A stretch of 53,409 bases of DNA from Nitrososphaeria archaeon. Lineage in GTDB: Archaea; Thermoproteota; Nitrososphaeria; Conexivisphaerales; UBA164. Positions within the stretch are counted from its first letter, which is position 1, and each line of letters begins with the position of its first letter. Below the pieces are notes generated by a model. It saw nothing but the letters and a program-made list of their open reading frames with translations, was not told the DNA's origin and did no database searches. Made by a program: the position numbers and the translations under genes. The stretch is taken from positions 1-53,409 of the forward strand of contig JAWDMM010000004.1 in the NCBI GenBank assembly GCA_046536595.1. The letters are read 5' to 3'. Positions 18,460 through 28,634 of this stretch are shown here, one piece after another.

Positions 18460-19500
18460 CTAAAACGGATAGTTGGTTATGAACTTTCTGCCGGAGGCTT
18501 TTCTGATTCTGTTCATTATTGCCAAACCTATACCTTCTTCTTTAAAGGATTGTATGATCGCAAACTCTACATCTAGCTTATCTATCGTTCTTAGCGATTC
18601 AAACAAGTTTTTAGCTACGGTGTAAAGATTGCTTTCTGTTCCCAATATTATAAAAGTTACGTTTTTTGAAGCTAAATTTTTTATCTTTTCATAATTTTCT
18701 TCTGTAACCAAAACAGCGACGCGTTTATCGATTTTTTTAACTATTTCTGGTAACGATGAATTATCCAGAAGTAAATAAAGGTCCTTTTCAGGTGCGTAGT
18801 GTTTATATTTCATTCCTGGTGCTAAGGGTTTTTCAAAATCATACAGTCCAGAAACCTCGGGTGGTACTTTAATTGATGTAAATACGCTGCGCAGTTCTTC
18901 AACAGTAAAAGGACCCGGCCTTAACAATACTGGAGGGTTTCTGGTAATATCAACTATAGTGGATTCTACACCAAAAAATGTTTCGCCTGCATCTATTATA
19001 ACGTCAGCAAACCCGTTCAGCTCTTCTATTACTGTCTTGCCGCTTGTGGGGCTTGGTTTACCTGATATGTTCGCGCTCGGTGCTGCAATAGGTGTCCCTG
19101 AAATTTCTATTAGCTTTAATGCGACCGGATGTGCCGGCATTCTCACAGCCACAGTATCCAAGCCTGCAGTAACTTCTTTTGGAACCCCGGGCTTCTTTTT
19201 AACCACAACTGTCAAAGGTCCGGGCCACACTTTCTTCAGTTTATCTTCATTATTCACCTCGCTTGCTACAGCATATAGCTGTTCAAAAGAACTGATGTGA
19301 ACTATCAAGGGGTTATCCGGCTGTCTCTTTTTTATCTCGAAAATTTTTAAACACGCATTCCCGTTAAAAGCATCAGCGCCGAGCCCGTAAACTGTTTCCG
19401 TTGGAAAAGCAACTGTTCCTCCTTTCCTTATAACTTCAGCTGCAGGGAAAAGATCTTCGGGTTTAAAGTTAACTGGATCGACTTTGATTATAAGGCTCAT
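18460..19500 (-). CDS. sua5: Threonylcarbamoyl-AMP synthase Sua5
   Basis: FPTETVYGLGA, K.R..DNPLIVH, WPGPLT, APSAN.SG.PSPT, PGMKY.HYAP; C-terminal SUA5 domain. Confidence 0.95.
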   Translation of the reverse strand: MSLIIKVDPVNFKPEDLFPAAEVIRKGGTVAFPTETVYGLGADAFNGNACLKIFEIKKRQPDNPLIVHISSFEQLYAVASEVNNEDKLKKVWPGPLTVVVKKKPGVPKEVTAGLDTVAVRMPAHPVALKLIEISGTPIAAPSANISGKPSPTSGKTVIEELNGFADVIIDAGETFFGVESTIVDITRNPPVLLRPGPFTVEELRSVFTSIKVPPEVSGLYDFEKPLAPGMKYKHYAPEKDLYLLLDNSSLPEIVKKIDKRVAVLVTEENYEKIKNLASKNVTFIILGTESNLYTVAKNLFESLRTIDKLDVEFAIIQSFKEEGIGLAIMNRIRKASGRKFITNYPF

Positions 19501-20384
19501 TCTTCTACTATTTTGTTTGAAATCCCGCCGATGCCTTCAATTTCAACAGATACAACATCCCCAGCTTTAAGGTACCTTTCTCCTGTAAAGGCGGCTACAC
19601 CTTCAGGTGTCCCGGTTGATATTACGTCTCCGGGGTAAAGCGTTATCCCCTGAGATAAATACGCTATTATTTCTTCAATTTTAAATATCATGTCAGAAGT
19701 TGAACCGTTCTGTCTTATTTCACCGTTAACCTTTGTCTTTATGTTAAGGCTGTAAGGGTCTTCTAGTTCATCAGATGTAACAAGCCATGGCCCAAGCGGC
19801 AGAGCGTCGTCTAGCATTTTACCCATAACCCAGTTAAATCCGTACGGGGTCTGAACGTTCGGCCAGCCTGGAGGGAACTGCCAGTCCCTGAAACTTATAT
19901 CGTCAGCTACCGTGTAGCCTGCAACGCAGGATCTTGCTTCCTGAGCTGATACATATTTGCACTTCTTACCGATGATGACTGCAAGCTCCCCTTCATAGTC
20001 CATCTTGCTTGAAGATCTTGGCCTCCTCACATCGTCGTATGCCCCTTTAAGCGCATTTGTAAACTTTGTAAACAGATAAGGTTGCAAAGGTTTTGCAAGG
20101 TTCCCTTCCTTGGAATGAGAATAGTAGTTTACTGCGGCCAGGAATATCTTTTGCGGACTCCTCACAGCTGGATCTATCTTTATATCTTGCAGCTGATAAA
20201 CTTCAGAGGATTCGTTTACCGCATCATAGAGTTCATCAAGATATCCAAGAGAAAGTATTTCTTCAACAGATTTTATATCAGAACCGTATTTCGAAAAAGT
20301 TGAAGTTAAGTCATAAACCTTTTCATCGACATAAACGCCTACCCTTTTCAGTCCCTTTACACTGTAGTTTAATATCTTCATCAC
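19497..20384 (-). CDS. Fumarylacetoacetate hydrolase family protein
   Basis: NY..H, DYEGELAVIIG, D.S.RD.Q, W..GK, PGDVISTGTP.GV. Confidence 0.9.
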   Translation of the reverse strand: MMKILNYSVKGLKRVGVYVDEKVYDLTSTFSKYGSDIKSVEEILSLGYLDELYDAVNESSEVYQLQDIKIDPAVRSPQKIFLAAVNYYSHSKEGNLAKPLQPYLFTKFTNALKGAYDDVRRPRSSSKMDYEGELAVIIGKKCKYVSAQEARSCVAGYTVADDISFRDWQFPPGWPNVQTPYGFNWVMGKMLDDALPLGPWLVTSDELEDPYSLNIKTKVNGEIRQNGSTSDMIFKIEEIIAYLSQGITLYPGDVISTGTPEGVAAFTGERYLKAGDVVSVEIEGIGGISNKIVEE

Positions 20385-20854
20385 TCTAATCCTAGCTGTC
20401 TCATATCTTTAAACCTTAGCGTTATCATTTTAAGCGCCTGCATAACCAGCTCAACATAGTCATCAATTTCTTCAGGCTGAACTCCATTCTTTTTAGCCTC
20501 TTCTTTGACCTTTTCTTCGACCTTTTTGTAGCTCTTTAAACTTTCGTTCAGATCTGCCCAGGGGATATTCTTTATGGCTTCACCTATTTTGTCGTTTTTT
20601 GGCAGGATCCCTTCAATCATGAGAGAGGCTATTATTGGATAACCTATGTAACCTTTGAATATGGTTCCGTTGTCGTTGCTGTAAGCCATGCTGTTTTTGA
20701 TTATCACTATATACTCTTTATCGCCTTTTGAGGATCTAACTTTGTATATACCGGCATCCTCCTTCTTTACTCTGCCGGCAGATATCGAAGAAATCGCTTC
20801 GAGGACCTTAATCCTCGGAGGCATTTTTAACTTTATGCCATGATAAGCAGACAA
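20381..20854 (-). CDS. Hypothetical protein with a SWIM-like region lacking Cys ligands
   Basis: PP.IKVLEA, V.SS.G.K.Y.V, YSNDNG...GY.GYPIIA.L; first gene of an overlapping three-gene run. Confidence 0.65.
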   Translation of the reverse strand: MSAYHGIKLKMPPRIKVLEAISSISAGRVKKEDAGIYKVRSSKGDKEYIVIIKNSMAYSNDNGTIFKGYIGYPIIASLMIEGILPKNDKIGEAIKNIPWADLNESLKSYKKVEEKVKEEAKKNGVQPEEIDDYVELVMQALKMITLRFKDMRQLGLE

Positions 20855-21000
20855 CCTGAATGATTTTATTAAATACCGGATTTATAAGTTTTTGTTGCAC
20901 GCGCTACAATTTTTGAGGTCCAGTAATCGTTAAATTATTTTGTATTACGCGATATCGATTTATTGATATGTTTATAAGCAATATACGAAATTCTAGATTG

Positions 21001-22200
21001 ATGGATATAGAGCGCAAGATAGGGGTAGCAGCTTCGAGGACTCTGATGAGCGCCTTCGTTTTTCTTGTGTTTTCTTTGTTAAAAATTTATTTCGGCTATT
21101 TCAGCGGTCTCCCAATCCTTATAGCTGACGGGGTACACAATTTTGCTGACTTTTTGATGTTCATAGCTGCATATATAGGTCTCAGGCTATCTTTGATCGG
21201 ACCCACAAAAAACTTCAGATATGGCCTTTACAAAGCTGAAAACCTTTCTGCCTTTTTGATGAGCATATTTATAATATACGCTGTTTACGAAATATTTTTA
21301 GAAGGCATAAAGTTTACGATCCCTAAATACCCGGCAATAGGAATTACGATACAGGCTATAAGCTTAATTGCTGACCTCGCGCTCGCGATGTGGCTGGGCA
21401 ACATGAAGCTGAAGCAGGTAAGCCTGATAAACGCGGAGACCCTGCACAACTATGAAGACTCAATATTAAGCCTGATAGTTCTTATCGGCATACTGATGCT
21501 GAATTATGGACTCAAATATCCGTACTACGCCGTCCTGGTTATTACGATTGCAATAATACTTTACCAGGTAGTCATAATACTTAAGGATTCAACGCTTGCA
21601 CTTCTGGATGCAACTGATAAGCGCATAGAAAGGATTGTGGATGAATCTGTAAAGGAAATCAAAGAAATAAGCGGTTATCACGATTTAAGGGTAAGGAAAG
21701 CCGGACCATATTATTTTATAGAACTGCATCTAGAGTTGCCTCCGAACGTAAGCGTGAGAAAAGCTGATAAGATTACCGATGAGCTTGAAAAAAGAATCAA
21801 AGAAAAAGAACCTCTGGTTGTTCTCTTTAACCCGCACGTAGAGCCAAGCGAAATCAAAAAGCAAACGCGCGTTCTGATACTGATTGACTCAGACGGAAAG
21901 GTTTCAAACTTTTCTCAGGCATCTCAGGTTGTTATAACTGAGATCGAAACCCAAAAGATTTCTGTCATGGATAACCCATTAAAAAAGATCGAGAGAAGGA
22001 GGTTGCCGGCTCTGTTAGACTTCATAAGGGAGCAGGGAGCCAGCATAGTAATTACGAACAGGATAGAGGAGCCCGTGCTGCTGGCTCTTTTCGGCGCAGG
22101 GGTTGAAGTTTATTTATCAGATGATCAAGACTATAGGACAGCTCTGAACAAGCTCAAAACAAACCAGCTTAAACCGGCTGAAATAAAAGAAAACATTTAA
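21001..22200 (+). CDS. Cation diffusion facilitator with C-terminal NifB/NifX-like domain
   Basis: ADG.H..AD, F.YG.YKAE, H..ED, HDLRVRK.G..Y.IELH, HVEP; extra C-terminal alpha/beta domain. TTTATAAG at 20971 favours the ATG at 21001. Confidence 0.85.
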   Translation: MDIERKIGVAASRTLMSAFVFLVFSLLKIYFGYFSGLPILIADGVHNFADFLMFIAAYIGLRLSLIGPTKNFRYGLYKAENLSAFLMSIFIIYAVYEIFLEGIKFTIPKYPAIGITIQAISLIADLALAMWLGNMKLKQVSLINAETLHNYEDSILSLIVLIGILMLNYGLKYPYYAVLVITIAIILYQVVIILKDSTLALLDATDKRIERIVDESVKEIKEISGYHDLRVRKAGPYYFIELHLELPPNVSVRKADKITDELEKRIKEKEPLVVLFNPHVEPSEIKKQTRVLILIDSDGKVSNFSQASQVVITEIETQKISVMDNPLKKIERRRLPALLDFIREQGASIVITNRIEEPVLLALFGAGVEVYLSDDQDYRTALNKLKTNQLKPAEIKENI

Positions 22201-22226
22201 ACATCGTTGTGTTTGTAGTTTTATAG

Positions 22227-22682
22227 TTGAACGAGACAGATATCAAAAAGTTTTTAGAAGAAAAAGGCATAAATTTTGAGATAATAAAGCACGGTTCTTC
22301 TTACAGAGCTGATGAGGCAAGCAGGGAGCTCAACATCGACCTTAAAAAGATCGTCAAGACAGTTCTTTTTATAGCTGACAATAAAGAGCCGCTCATCATA
22401 ATAGTAAGAGGGGACAAAAGGGTTGACCAGACAAAGATGGCAAAAATTCTGGGGTACAGAAAGCTGAGGCTGGCAACAGCAGAAGAGCTGAGAAACATAA
22501 CAGGCTATGAACCAGGGACTTTGCCCCCTATAGCACACAAACAGAATATTAGGACGGTGCTGGATGAAGACGTAATCGATGCTGATTACGTTTATTCAGG
22601 GGGCGGTTCGCTCGGTTCTTCTCTTAAAATATCACCAAAGGATATAGCAAGGCTGCAAAACGCATTAATACTTAAAGTCTAA
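22227..22682 (+). CDS. YbaK/EbsC aminoacyl-tRNA deacylase family protein
   Basis: IVKTVL, RLA..EE...TGYEPG.LPP, GGG motifs. Confidence 0.88.
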   Translation: MNETDIKKFLEEKGINFEIIKHGSSYRADEASRELNIDLKKIVKTVLFIADNKEPLIIIVRGDKRVDQTKMAKILGYRKLRLATAEELRNITGYEPGTLPPIAHKQNIRTVLDEDVIDADYVYSGGGSLGSSLKISPKDIARLQNALILKV

Positions 22683-22684
22683 CA

Positions 22685-23353
22685 ATGAAAAATATAAGAA
22701 TGCAGGATGAAAGGGTCATAGGAATCGATGAAGCCGGAAGGGGCAGCTTTATCGGGCCGCTCGTAATAGCTGGATTTTCTATTCCTTACATTTTTATTTC
22801 ACGACTTAAAGAGCTAGGGGTAAAAGATTCCAAAAAGCTAACGCCTGCCAAAAGGACAGAGCTGTACGTAAAACTAAAAAAACTTGAATGCTCGTCAGTT
22901 TTAATTTATAAGCTAAGCCCTCAGCTGATAGATTCTTATGTTTGGTCAAACGTTAAAAACGTTAACTTAAACTACCTTGAGGCTCTTTACATGGCAAAGA
23001 TCATCAACAGACTGCCTGGCAATTATATAGTTGTTGATGCTGCAGACGTAAGCGAATCTCTTTTTTTAAAAAACGTTCTAAAAAACGTGAAAAGAAATGT
23101 AATCTTGATAAGTTCTCATCATGCAGATGATCTTTACTCAATTGTATCTGCCGCAAGCATTGTAGCTAAAGTCGTAAGGGACAAAGAAATAGAAAAGCTT
23201 CACAAGGTGTATGGTAATTTTGGCTCTGGATATCCTTCAGACCCTAAAACTCTGCAATTTTTAAAAAGTTTAAAAGACAAGCCTGAAATTTTTCATGCTA
23301 TTCGATTAAGTTGGAAAACATTAAATAAGCTAAATAACATAAGATTTTTATGA
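22685..23353 (+). CDS. rnhB: Ribonuclease HII
   Basis: GIDEAGRG..IGP, DSKKL, DAAD, VSAASIVAKV.RD, GSGYPSDP. Confidence 0.95.
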   Translation: MKNIRMQDERVIGIDEAGRGSFIGPLVIAGFSIPYIFISRLKELGVKDSKKLTPAKRTELYVKLKKLECSSVLIYKLSPQLIDSYVWSNVKNVNLNYLEALYMAKIINRLPGNYIVVDAADVSESLFLKNVLKNVKRNVILISSHHADDLYSIVSAASIVAKVVRDKEIEKLHKVYGNFGSGYPSDPKTLQFLKSLKDKPEIFHAIRLSWKTLNKLNNIRFL

Positions 23354-24267
23354 GCAAAAGCTTTGAAACTCGTTTTATCTGGCAGAATGGCTCATTTGTT
23401 CCGTGGCAGGAAGCAAAAGTTCATGTAATGACTAACGCTCTGCATTACGGCACTGGCGTTTTTGAAGGAATACGAGCTTACTGGAACGGAAAGCAGCTTT
23501 ACGTCTTTCGCTTACAGGATCATGTAAACAGATTTTTCAATTCTATAAAGATATACAGCTTCGGAATAGACTTCAGTAAAGATCAGATTTCAGAAGGAAT
23601 AAAGGAAACTCTTAGAAAAAATGAGCTAAGGACAGATGTATACATCAGACCTATAGCAATAAAGGGCTATGGGCCCATAGGCCTTGATGTCAGGAAGCTA
23701 AAAACTGACGTCTTTATAATAGCAATGCCTTATGGCAGGTACTTTGAAAAAGAAGGCATAGAAGTCCTTGTGTCTTCTTGGAGAAGGATAAGTTCTCAAA
23801 CTTTACCAGTGTTGGCCAAAGTTACCGGTCATTACTCTAACAGCGTCCTTGCAAAGCTTGATGCTCTGAACAAAGGTTATGACGATGCAATCCTTCTTAA
23901 TGAAGAAGGAAAAGTTTGCGAAGGAACCGGTGAAAACATAATGATGGTTAAAGATGGTATGATCTATACGCCTCCCATTTCTGCTGGAATACTAGACGGG
24001 ATAACCAGGAGGAGCATAATAGAATTTGCCCCTGATCTTGGATTGAAAGTTGTTGAGAAAGATATAGATCGCGGAGAGCTTTACACAGCAGACGAGCTGT
24101 TCTTTGTGGGAACCGCCGCAGAAATAACCCCTATATTGAAGGTTGATGGGAGACAGATAGGGGATGGAAAGGTTGGTCCAATTTCTAAAAAATTAAAAGA
24201 TTACTTCTTCTCAGTAACTCAGGGAAAAGTTGATAAGTATCTTAAATGGCTTGAAGCTGTATGGTAA
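23350..24267 (+). CDS. ilvE: Branched-chain amino acid aminotransferase
   Basis: LHYG.GVFEGIRAY, FRL..H, YIRP, AK..G.Y.NS, EG.GEN, GILDGITR, GTAAE. Confidence 0.93.
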   Translation: MSKSFETRFIWQNGSFVPWQEAKVHVMTNALHYGTGVFEGIRAYWNGKQLYVFRLQDHVNRFFNSIKIYSFGIDFSKDQISEGIKETLRKNELRTDVYIRPIAIKGYGPIGLDVRKLKTDVFIIAMPYGRYFEKEGIEVLVSSWRRISSQTLPVLAKVTGHYSNSVLAKLDALNKGYDDAILLNEEGKVCEGTGENIMMVKDGMIYTPPISAGILDGITRRSIIEFAPDLGLKVVEKDIDRGELYTADELFFVGTAAEITPILKVDGRQIGDGKVGPISKKLKDYFFSVTQGKVDKYLKWLEAVW

Positions 24268-25079
24268 AAGTGAGCTTTCAAGGAGAAAGAGGGGCTTACA
24301 GCGAGGAAGCTGTCATAAATTTTTTCGGAAAGGACGTTGAGTTTTTGCCATTACCTTACCTTTCAGACGTTTTTAAAAGCGTTGAGTCAGAAAAGGCAGA
24401 CTATTCTGTGGTACCCATAGAAAATTCTTTAGAAGGAAGCGTAAGCGAAACGTATGATCTTCTTTTAAAAAGTGATGTGAAGATAGTTGGAGAGTCCATT
24501 CTTAGAGTAAGACATTGCTTTATGATTCATCCAGACGCAGAGCTATCTAAAGTAAAAGAAGTATGGTCTCATCCTCAGGCCCTTTCTCAATGCAGAATGT
24601 TCATAGAAAAAATGAAGCTAAAGCCTGTACCTTTTTACGATACTGCAGGTAGCGCAAAGGTAATTTCAGAAAAAGGCGTGCTCACAGCTGGAGCCATAGC
24701 ATCATGCAGGGCGGCATCATTTTATAACCTGAAGGTGGTAAAAGAAGGAATTGAAGACTCAGAAAACAACTTTACAAGGTTCATCGTGCTTGGTAAGACT
24801 GAAGCAAAAAGAACTGAAAAAAGCAAAACTTCTATAATATTTGGAACACCCCACAGCCCTGGGTCCCTTTATAAAGCTCTAAAGGTTTTTGCTGACAGAG
24901 AAATAAACCTAACCAAAATAGAAAGCAGGCCAACAAAGGCAAAACCCTGGGAATATTATTTTTTTGTTGATTTTGTTGGGCACACAAACGATCAAAAGGT
25001 AAAAGGCGCTATCGAAGATTTAAAAAAAGTTACAACTTTTATTAAGCTGCTTGGATCATATCCTGCTGAGCTGATATGA
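24261..25079 (+). CDS. pheA: Prephenate dehydratase
   Basis: GAYSE, PIENSLEG, SHPQAL.QC, NFTRF; ACT domain INLTKIESRP. Confidence 0.93.
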   Translation: MVKVSFQGERGAYSEEAVINFFGKDVEFLPLPYLSDVFKSVESEKADYSVVPIENSLEGSVSETYDLLLKSDVKIVGESILRVRHCFMIHPDAELSKVKEVWSHPQALSQCRMFIEKMKLKPVPFYDTAGSAKVISEKGVLTAGAIASCRAASFYNLKVVKEGIEDSENNFTRFIVLGKTEAKRTEKSKTSIIFGTPHSPGSLYKALKVFADREINLTKIESRPTKAKPWEYYFFVDFVGHTNDQKVKGAIEDLKKVTTFIKLLGSYPAELI

Positions 25080-25633
25080 CTGGTTATGATCTTGCTAAAA
25101 TCGGCCAGTATTTGGCATCAATGGGTTACGTAGAAGGTAGAGAAGGTAATTTAAGTGAAAGGGTCGGTAACGGTGCCCTCATAAAAGCAACAAACGTATT
25201 TATGGCTTTTGCAACTCCAGAAGATTTTTCTTATATTGATTTAGAAGGAAACCTGATCTACGGCAAACCCCCTTCTTCAGAATTCAGGTTACATACAACG
25301 ATATACAAAAATGTTAAAAATATAAACTTTATAGTTCATACGCATCCTGTTTACACTCTTGCTTTATCTCAACGTTATAGCTTTATACCGATAGTTATTA
25401 CAGAAGGAAAACTTTATTTTTCAAAGGAAGTTCCAGTTCTACCTCTCATAGAACCTGGAACACAGGAACTGGCTGATAAAGTTACTTCATACATACAAAA
25501 GGGTTATGAAGCTGTTGTTTTGAAGGATCATGGGCTTGTAAGCGTAGGGGAAACTTTGGACGTTGCTGTTATGAGGACAATTTCGGTCGAAAAAAGCGCA
25601 AAAATTATTTTACTTTCGAGGAACCTTGCATGA
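25076..25633 (+). CDS. Class II aldolase/adducin family protein
   Basis: GNLS, PSSE..LH..IY, HTHP, HG motifs. Confidence 0.88.
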   Translation: MTGYDLAKIGQYLASMGYVEGREGNLSERVGNGALIKATNVFMAFATPEDFSYIDLEGNLIYGKPPSSEFRLHTTIYKNVKNINFIVHTHPVYTLALSQRYSFIPIVITEGKLYFSKEVPVLPLIEPGTQELADKVTSYIQKGYEAVVLKDHGLVSVGETLDVAVMRTISVEKSAKIILLSRNLA

Positions 25634-26346
25634 TAAAAACAGGGATCTGCGGCTTTTCTGCTAAAAGGGAGCTTATCTACAGCACGCTTGATGCGGTCGA
25701 ACTTCAGGAAACCTTTTACAGCATGCCAAACGCCGAAAAAATGAGAAAACTGCGTATCGAAGCGCCCGAGAATTTTGATTTTTCGGTAAAAGTTTTTCAG
25801 GGTATAACTCATGGCTTTAATTCTCCAACTATGAAAAAGGCAAAAAATTTTACACCAAATGCAAACGTTGGCCTGCTTAAGGATACAAGAGAAAACCTAG
25901 AGCTTTGGGAAATTTTTAAAAAACAGACTTCTGTGCTTAACCCTGTAGTGTACGTTTTTCAAACCCCTCCTAGCTTTGGAAGTGAAGACCAGCTCAAACA
26001 GGCATACAGTTTTTTTAGAGAAATAAATGGCGAAGCTAGGATTGGATGGGAGCCAAGAGGAAAAGCTTATGAAAATTTACAACTGCTTTTAAAGATATTT
26101 GAGGATCTAAGCTTAATTCATATAGTCGATCCCTTTAAAAAGAAGCCGATAAAAGCCTTTGGTTTGCAGTACTTTAGATTGCACGGGAAAGGTTCTGGCG
26201 AAGTTAACTACGGCTACAATTATACAGACAACGATCTTTTTGAGCTTTACAACATGGTAAAAAATTATGACCGCGTTTACGTAATGTTTAACAACATAAA
26301 AATGTTTGAAAATGCAAAAATATTTAAAGAAAGGTTTGTTGGTTAA
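25630..26346 (+). CDS. DUF72 family protein
   Basis: G.CGF, VELQ.TFY, F.VK....ITH, FQTPPSF, WEPRG, YFRLHG, Y.MFNN. Confidence 0.88.
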   Translation: MIKTGICGFSAKRELIYSTLDAVELQETFYSMPNAEKMRKLRIEAPENFDFSVKVFQGITHGFNSPTMKKAKNFTPNANVGLLKDTRENLELWEIFKKQTSVLNPVVYVFQTPPSFGSEDQLKQAYSFFREINGEARIGWEPRGKAYENLQLLLKIFEDLSLIHIVDPFKKKPIKAFGLQYFRLHGKGSGEVNYGYNYTDNDLFELYNMVKNYDRVYVMFNNIKMFENAKIFKERFVG

Positions 26347-26768
26347 GGCGGAGTTATTTTTATAGCTCCCACTGGGCAAGCCGTTTCGCAAGCCATACAG
26401 AATATGCAGTCCTTTTCTCTTAAGGGATCAGCTTTGTCAGTATAATATTTTGGCTGTTCTTCTTGACTGAGCGGCCATTTATCATTTCCAGATCCGGATT
26501 TTCCAGGATTTAACAACCATTCGAAAACGTTAACTGGGCATACATCCATGCACGCACCGTCAGCTATGCAACAATCAAAGTCTACAGCTACTATACTTCC
26601 ATGGATGCCAAGTTTGGTGGGATAAGGTTTCCCATCAGCATCTAACCTTTGCTTACCTTCCGCAAAAACTTTGTGTCCAGCGTGTTCACCTGTTACCGGA
26701 TACTCATCGGGTTTTTTCTGAAAATCAGGATCTATCGGTTTTGATTTAAAAGGTACTGGTCTAACCAT
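26343..26768 (-). CDS. zfx: Zinc-containing dicluster ferredoxin
   Basis: N-terminal His extension (GEHAGH, LGIHG), DCCIADGACMDVCP and DCIFCMACETACP. Confidence 0.9.
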   Translation of the reverse strand: MVRPVPFKSKPIDPDFQKKPDEYPVTGEHAGHKVFAEGKQRLDADGKPYPTKLGIHGSIVAVDFDCCIADGACMDVCPVNVFEWLLNPGKSGSGNDKWPLSQEEQPKYYTDKADPLREKDCIFCMACETACPVGAIKITPP

Positions 26769-26842
26769 TTGAGATCACATATAGTATATAGATTATAGTA
26801 TAAAACGTTTTTGCACAAGTTATTGTTTTTGTTCTGCAATCA

Positions 26843-26859
26843 TGCATTTAATAAATGCA
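26843..26859. promoter_or_regulatory. Palindromic candidate operator between divergent zfx and NRAMP genes
   Basis: Perfect 8-1-8 inverted repeat TGCATTTA-A-TAAATGCA. Confidence 0.35.
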
Positions 26860-26919
26860 ATTTTTAACGTGCTAAAATTTTAACAATGTTTAAATTTTAT
26901 CTGAAGCGTGAATTGTTAG

Positions 26920-28104
26920 TTGAGTGAAGACTTAAAAAGATTTCTGAGTGTATTTGGACCTGCATGGCTCGTTATGATAGCAGATGTCGATGTAGCTTCT
27001 ATAATAGAAGGTATTGAAGCTGGCGCCGTATCTGGCGCCGTAATGGTTTTGATAATGCTTGTTTTGATACCGCCTTTATTTTTTATACAGGACGCAGCAG
27101 GCAGGCTGGGCTCTGTTGCTAATGTAGGGTTTGGCGAAGCTATAAGGAATAAATATGGGAAAAAAATTTCTATTATACTTTCGCTGCCGATGGCTTTAAG
27201 CGACTTTTTAGAATACCTTGCAGAGTTTGCGGGAATAGCTATAGGGCTCACCCTTTTAGGATTTTCAGTATGGTTAGGATTGCTCATCTTTTACTTTGTT
27301 CATTTAACGGTAGTATTAACAAAAAAGTACAGGCATGCAGAAATGATACTTTTGCCGCTAAGTTTTCTTCTTGTTGTTACCCTTTTTGTTGAACTTTTTC
27401 TTTTTAGACCAAATTTTTCCCTTTTATCGCGTTCGCTATTTGCTTTTAAACTAAACCTTTCGTTTTTCTATCTGATAGCTGCAAGCATAGGCGCTGTTAT
27501 AATGCCATGGATGCTTTTTTTTCACAGCGGGGCCGATGCGAGAAAAAAGATAGGTATCAAAAACATGAAGTATGAATCACTTGAAACTCTAATAGGATCA
27601 ATAGTTTCGGAGGTGCTCATGGCTGTAGTTGTTATATACGGCTGGGTTATTTCTTTCAGGGATCCAAGCGCTTCACTGGCTGGTATTTTGTCGTATATAC
27701 AAAGCATGAATTATCTTTTAAAATTGCTTATGGGAATAGGATTTATAGCTTCAGGCCTTCTGGCCCTTGTTGTAATCTCCATGGCTTCTGCATGGGGCGT
27801 TGTTGAAGCTGCAGAATTAAACTCAAAACATTATGCCATAATTTATATTATTGAGTCTGTTCCTGCATTGCTAATAGCCATCTTGATCAGGGATTATTTG
27901 CAACTTATTCTGGGCCTTATGATAATTTATTCTGTACTTTTAATCCCTCTTCTTATTGTTCTCGGAAAAATTGCTTCAGATTGCAGTTTTATGAAAGGTT
28001 TTGCGTTAAAAGGTAAAAGGTTAAAGGTCTACTGGATTATGGCCGGCGCAATTTCAATCGGCGGGATTGTCGGGTTTGCATCTTTTGTTTTGAGCTCCTT
28101 ATAA
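26920..28104 (+). CDS. NRAMP-family divalent metal transporter
   Basis: FGPAWLVMIAD.D, EF.G, IGA.IMPW..F; about 11 TM segments. Confidence 0.85.
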   Translation: MSEDLKRFLSVFGPAWLVMIADVDVASIIEGIEAGAVSGAVMVLIMLVLIPPLFFIQDAAGRLGSVANVGFGEAIRNKYGKKISIILSLPMALSDFLEYLAEFAGIAIGLTLLGFSVWLGLLIFYFVHLTVVLTKKYRHAEMILLPLSFLLVVTLFVELFLFRPNFSLLSRSLFAFKLNLSFFYLIAASIGAVIMPWMLFFHSGADARKKIGIKNMKYESLETLIGSIVSEVLMAVVVIYGWVISFRDPSASLAGILSYIQSMNYLLKLLMGIGFIASGLLALVVISMASAWGVVEAAELNSKHYAIIYIIESVPALLIAILIRDYLQLILGLMIIYSVLLIPLLIVLGKIASDCSFMKGFALKGKRLKVYWIMAGAISIGGIVGFASFVLSSL

Positions 28105-28154
28105 AAGATCAAATATTCAGAAAAAATATTAAGCTATTAAAAGAAAATAAAAGC

Positions 28155-28625
28155 GTGAAAGTAGCTGTAGGAGGAACTTTCGAAGCTCTTCATGCTGGGC
28201 ACGTTAAATTATTAAAAAAAGCTTTGGAAATAGGGGATGAGATAATCATAGGAGTAACATCCGATCAGTTCGTTGCAAAAATGGGCAAAAAGATTGAAAC
28301 ACCATATCTGGATAGGATTCTAAGGGTAAAAGAAAAAATAGATGAAATTGCGCAAAAAAGCTACAGATTTTACATAGCTATGCTGGACGATCCATATGGG
28401 CCAGTGCTTAAAGAAGAAATAGATTTTATAGTGGTGAGTCCTGAAAGCTTTAAAAACGCGCTTATAGCCAACATATTAAGGAAAAAGACCGGGTTTAAAC
28501 CGATGAACATATACGTGATAAATTTTGTAAAAGCAGAAACAGGAGATAAAATTTCATCTTCAGACATAAGGAAAGGGAAAATATTACCAGATGGAAAATC
28601 GGTAAAATTAAAGGTTAAACCTTAA
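28155..28625 (+). CDS. coaD: Archaeal phosphopantetheine adenylyltransferase
   Basis: VGGTF..LHAGH, GVTSD, DPYGP, VVSPE, KISSS.IR. Confidence 0.88.
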   Translation: MKVAVGGTFEALHAGHVKLLKKALEIGDEIIIGVTSDQFVAKMGKKIETPYLDRILRVKEKIDEIAQKSYRFYIAMLDDPYGPVLKEEIDFIVVSPESFKNALIANILRKKTGFKPMNIYVINFVKAETGDKISSSDIRKGKILPDGKSVKLKVKP

Positions 28626-28634
28626 ATTTTTAAT

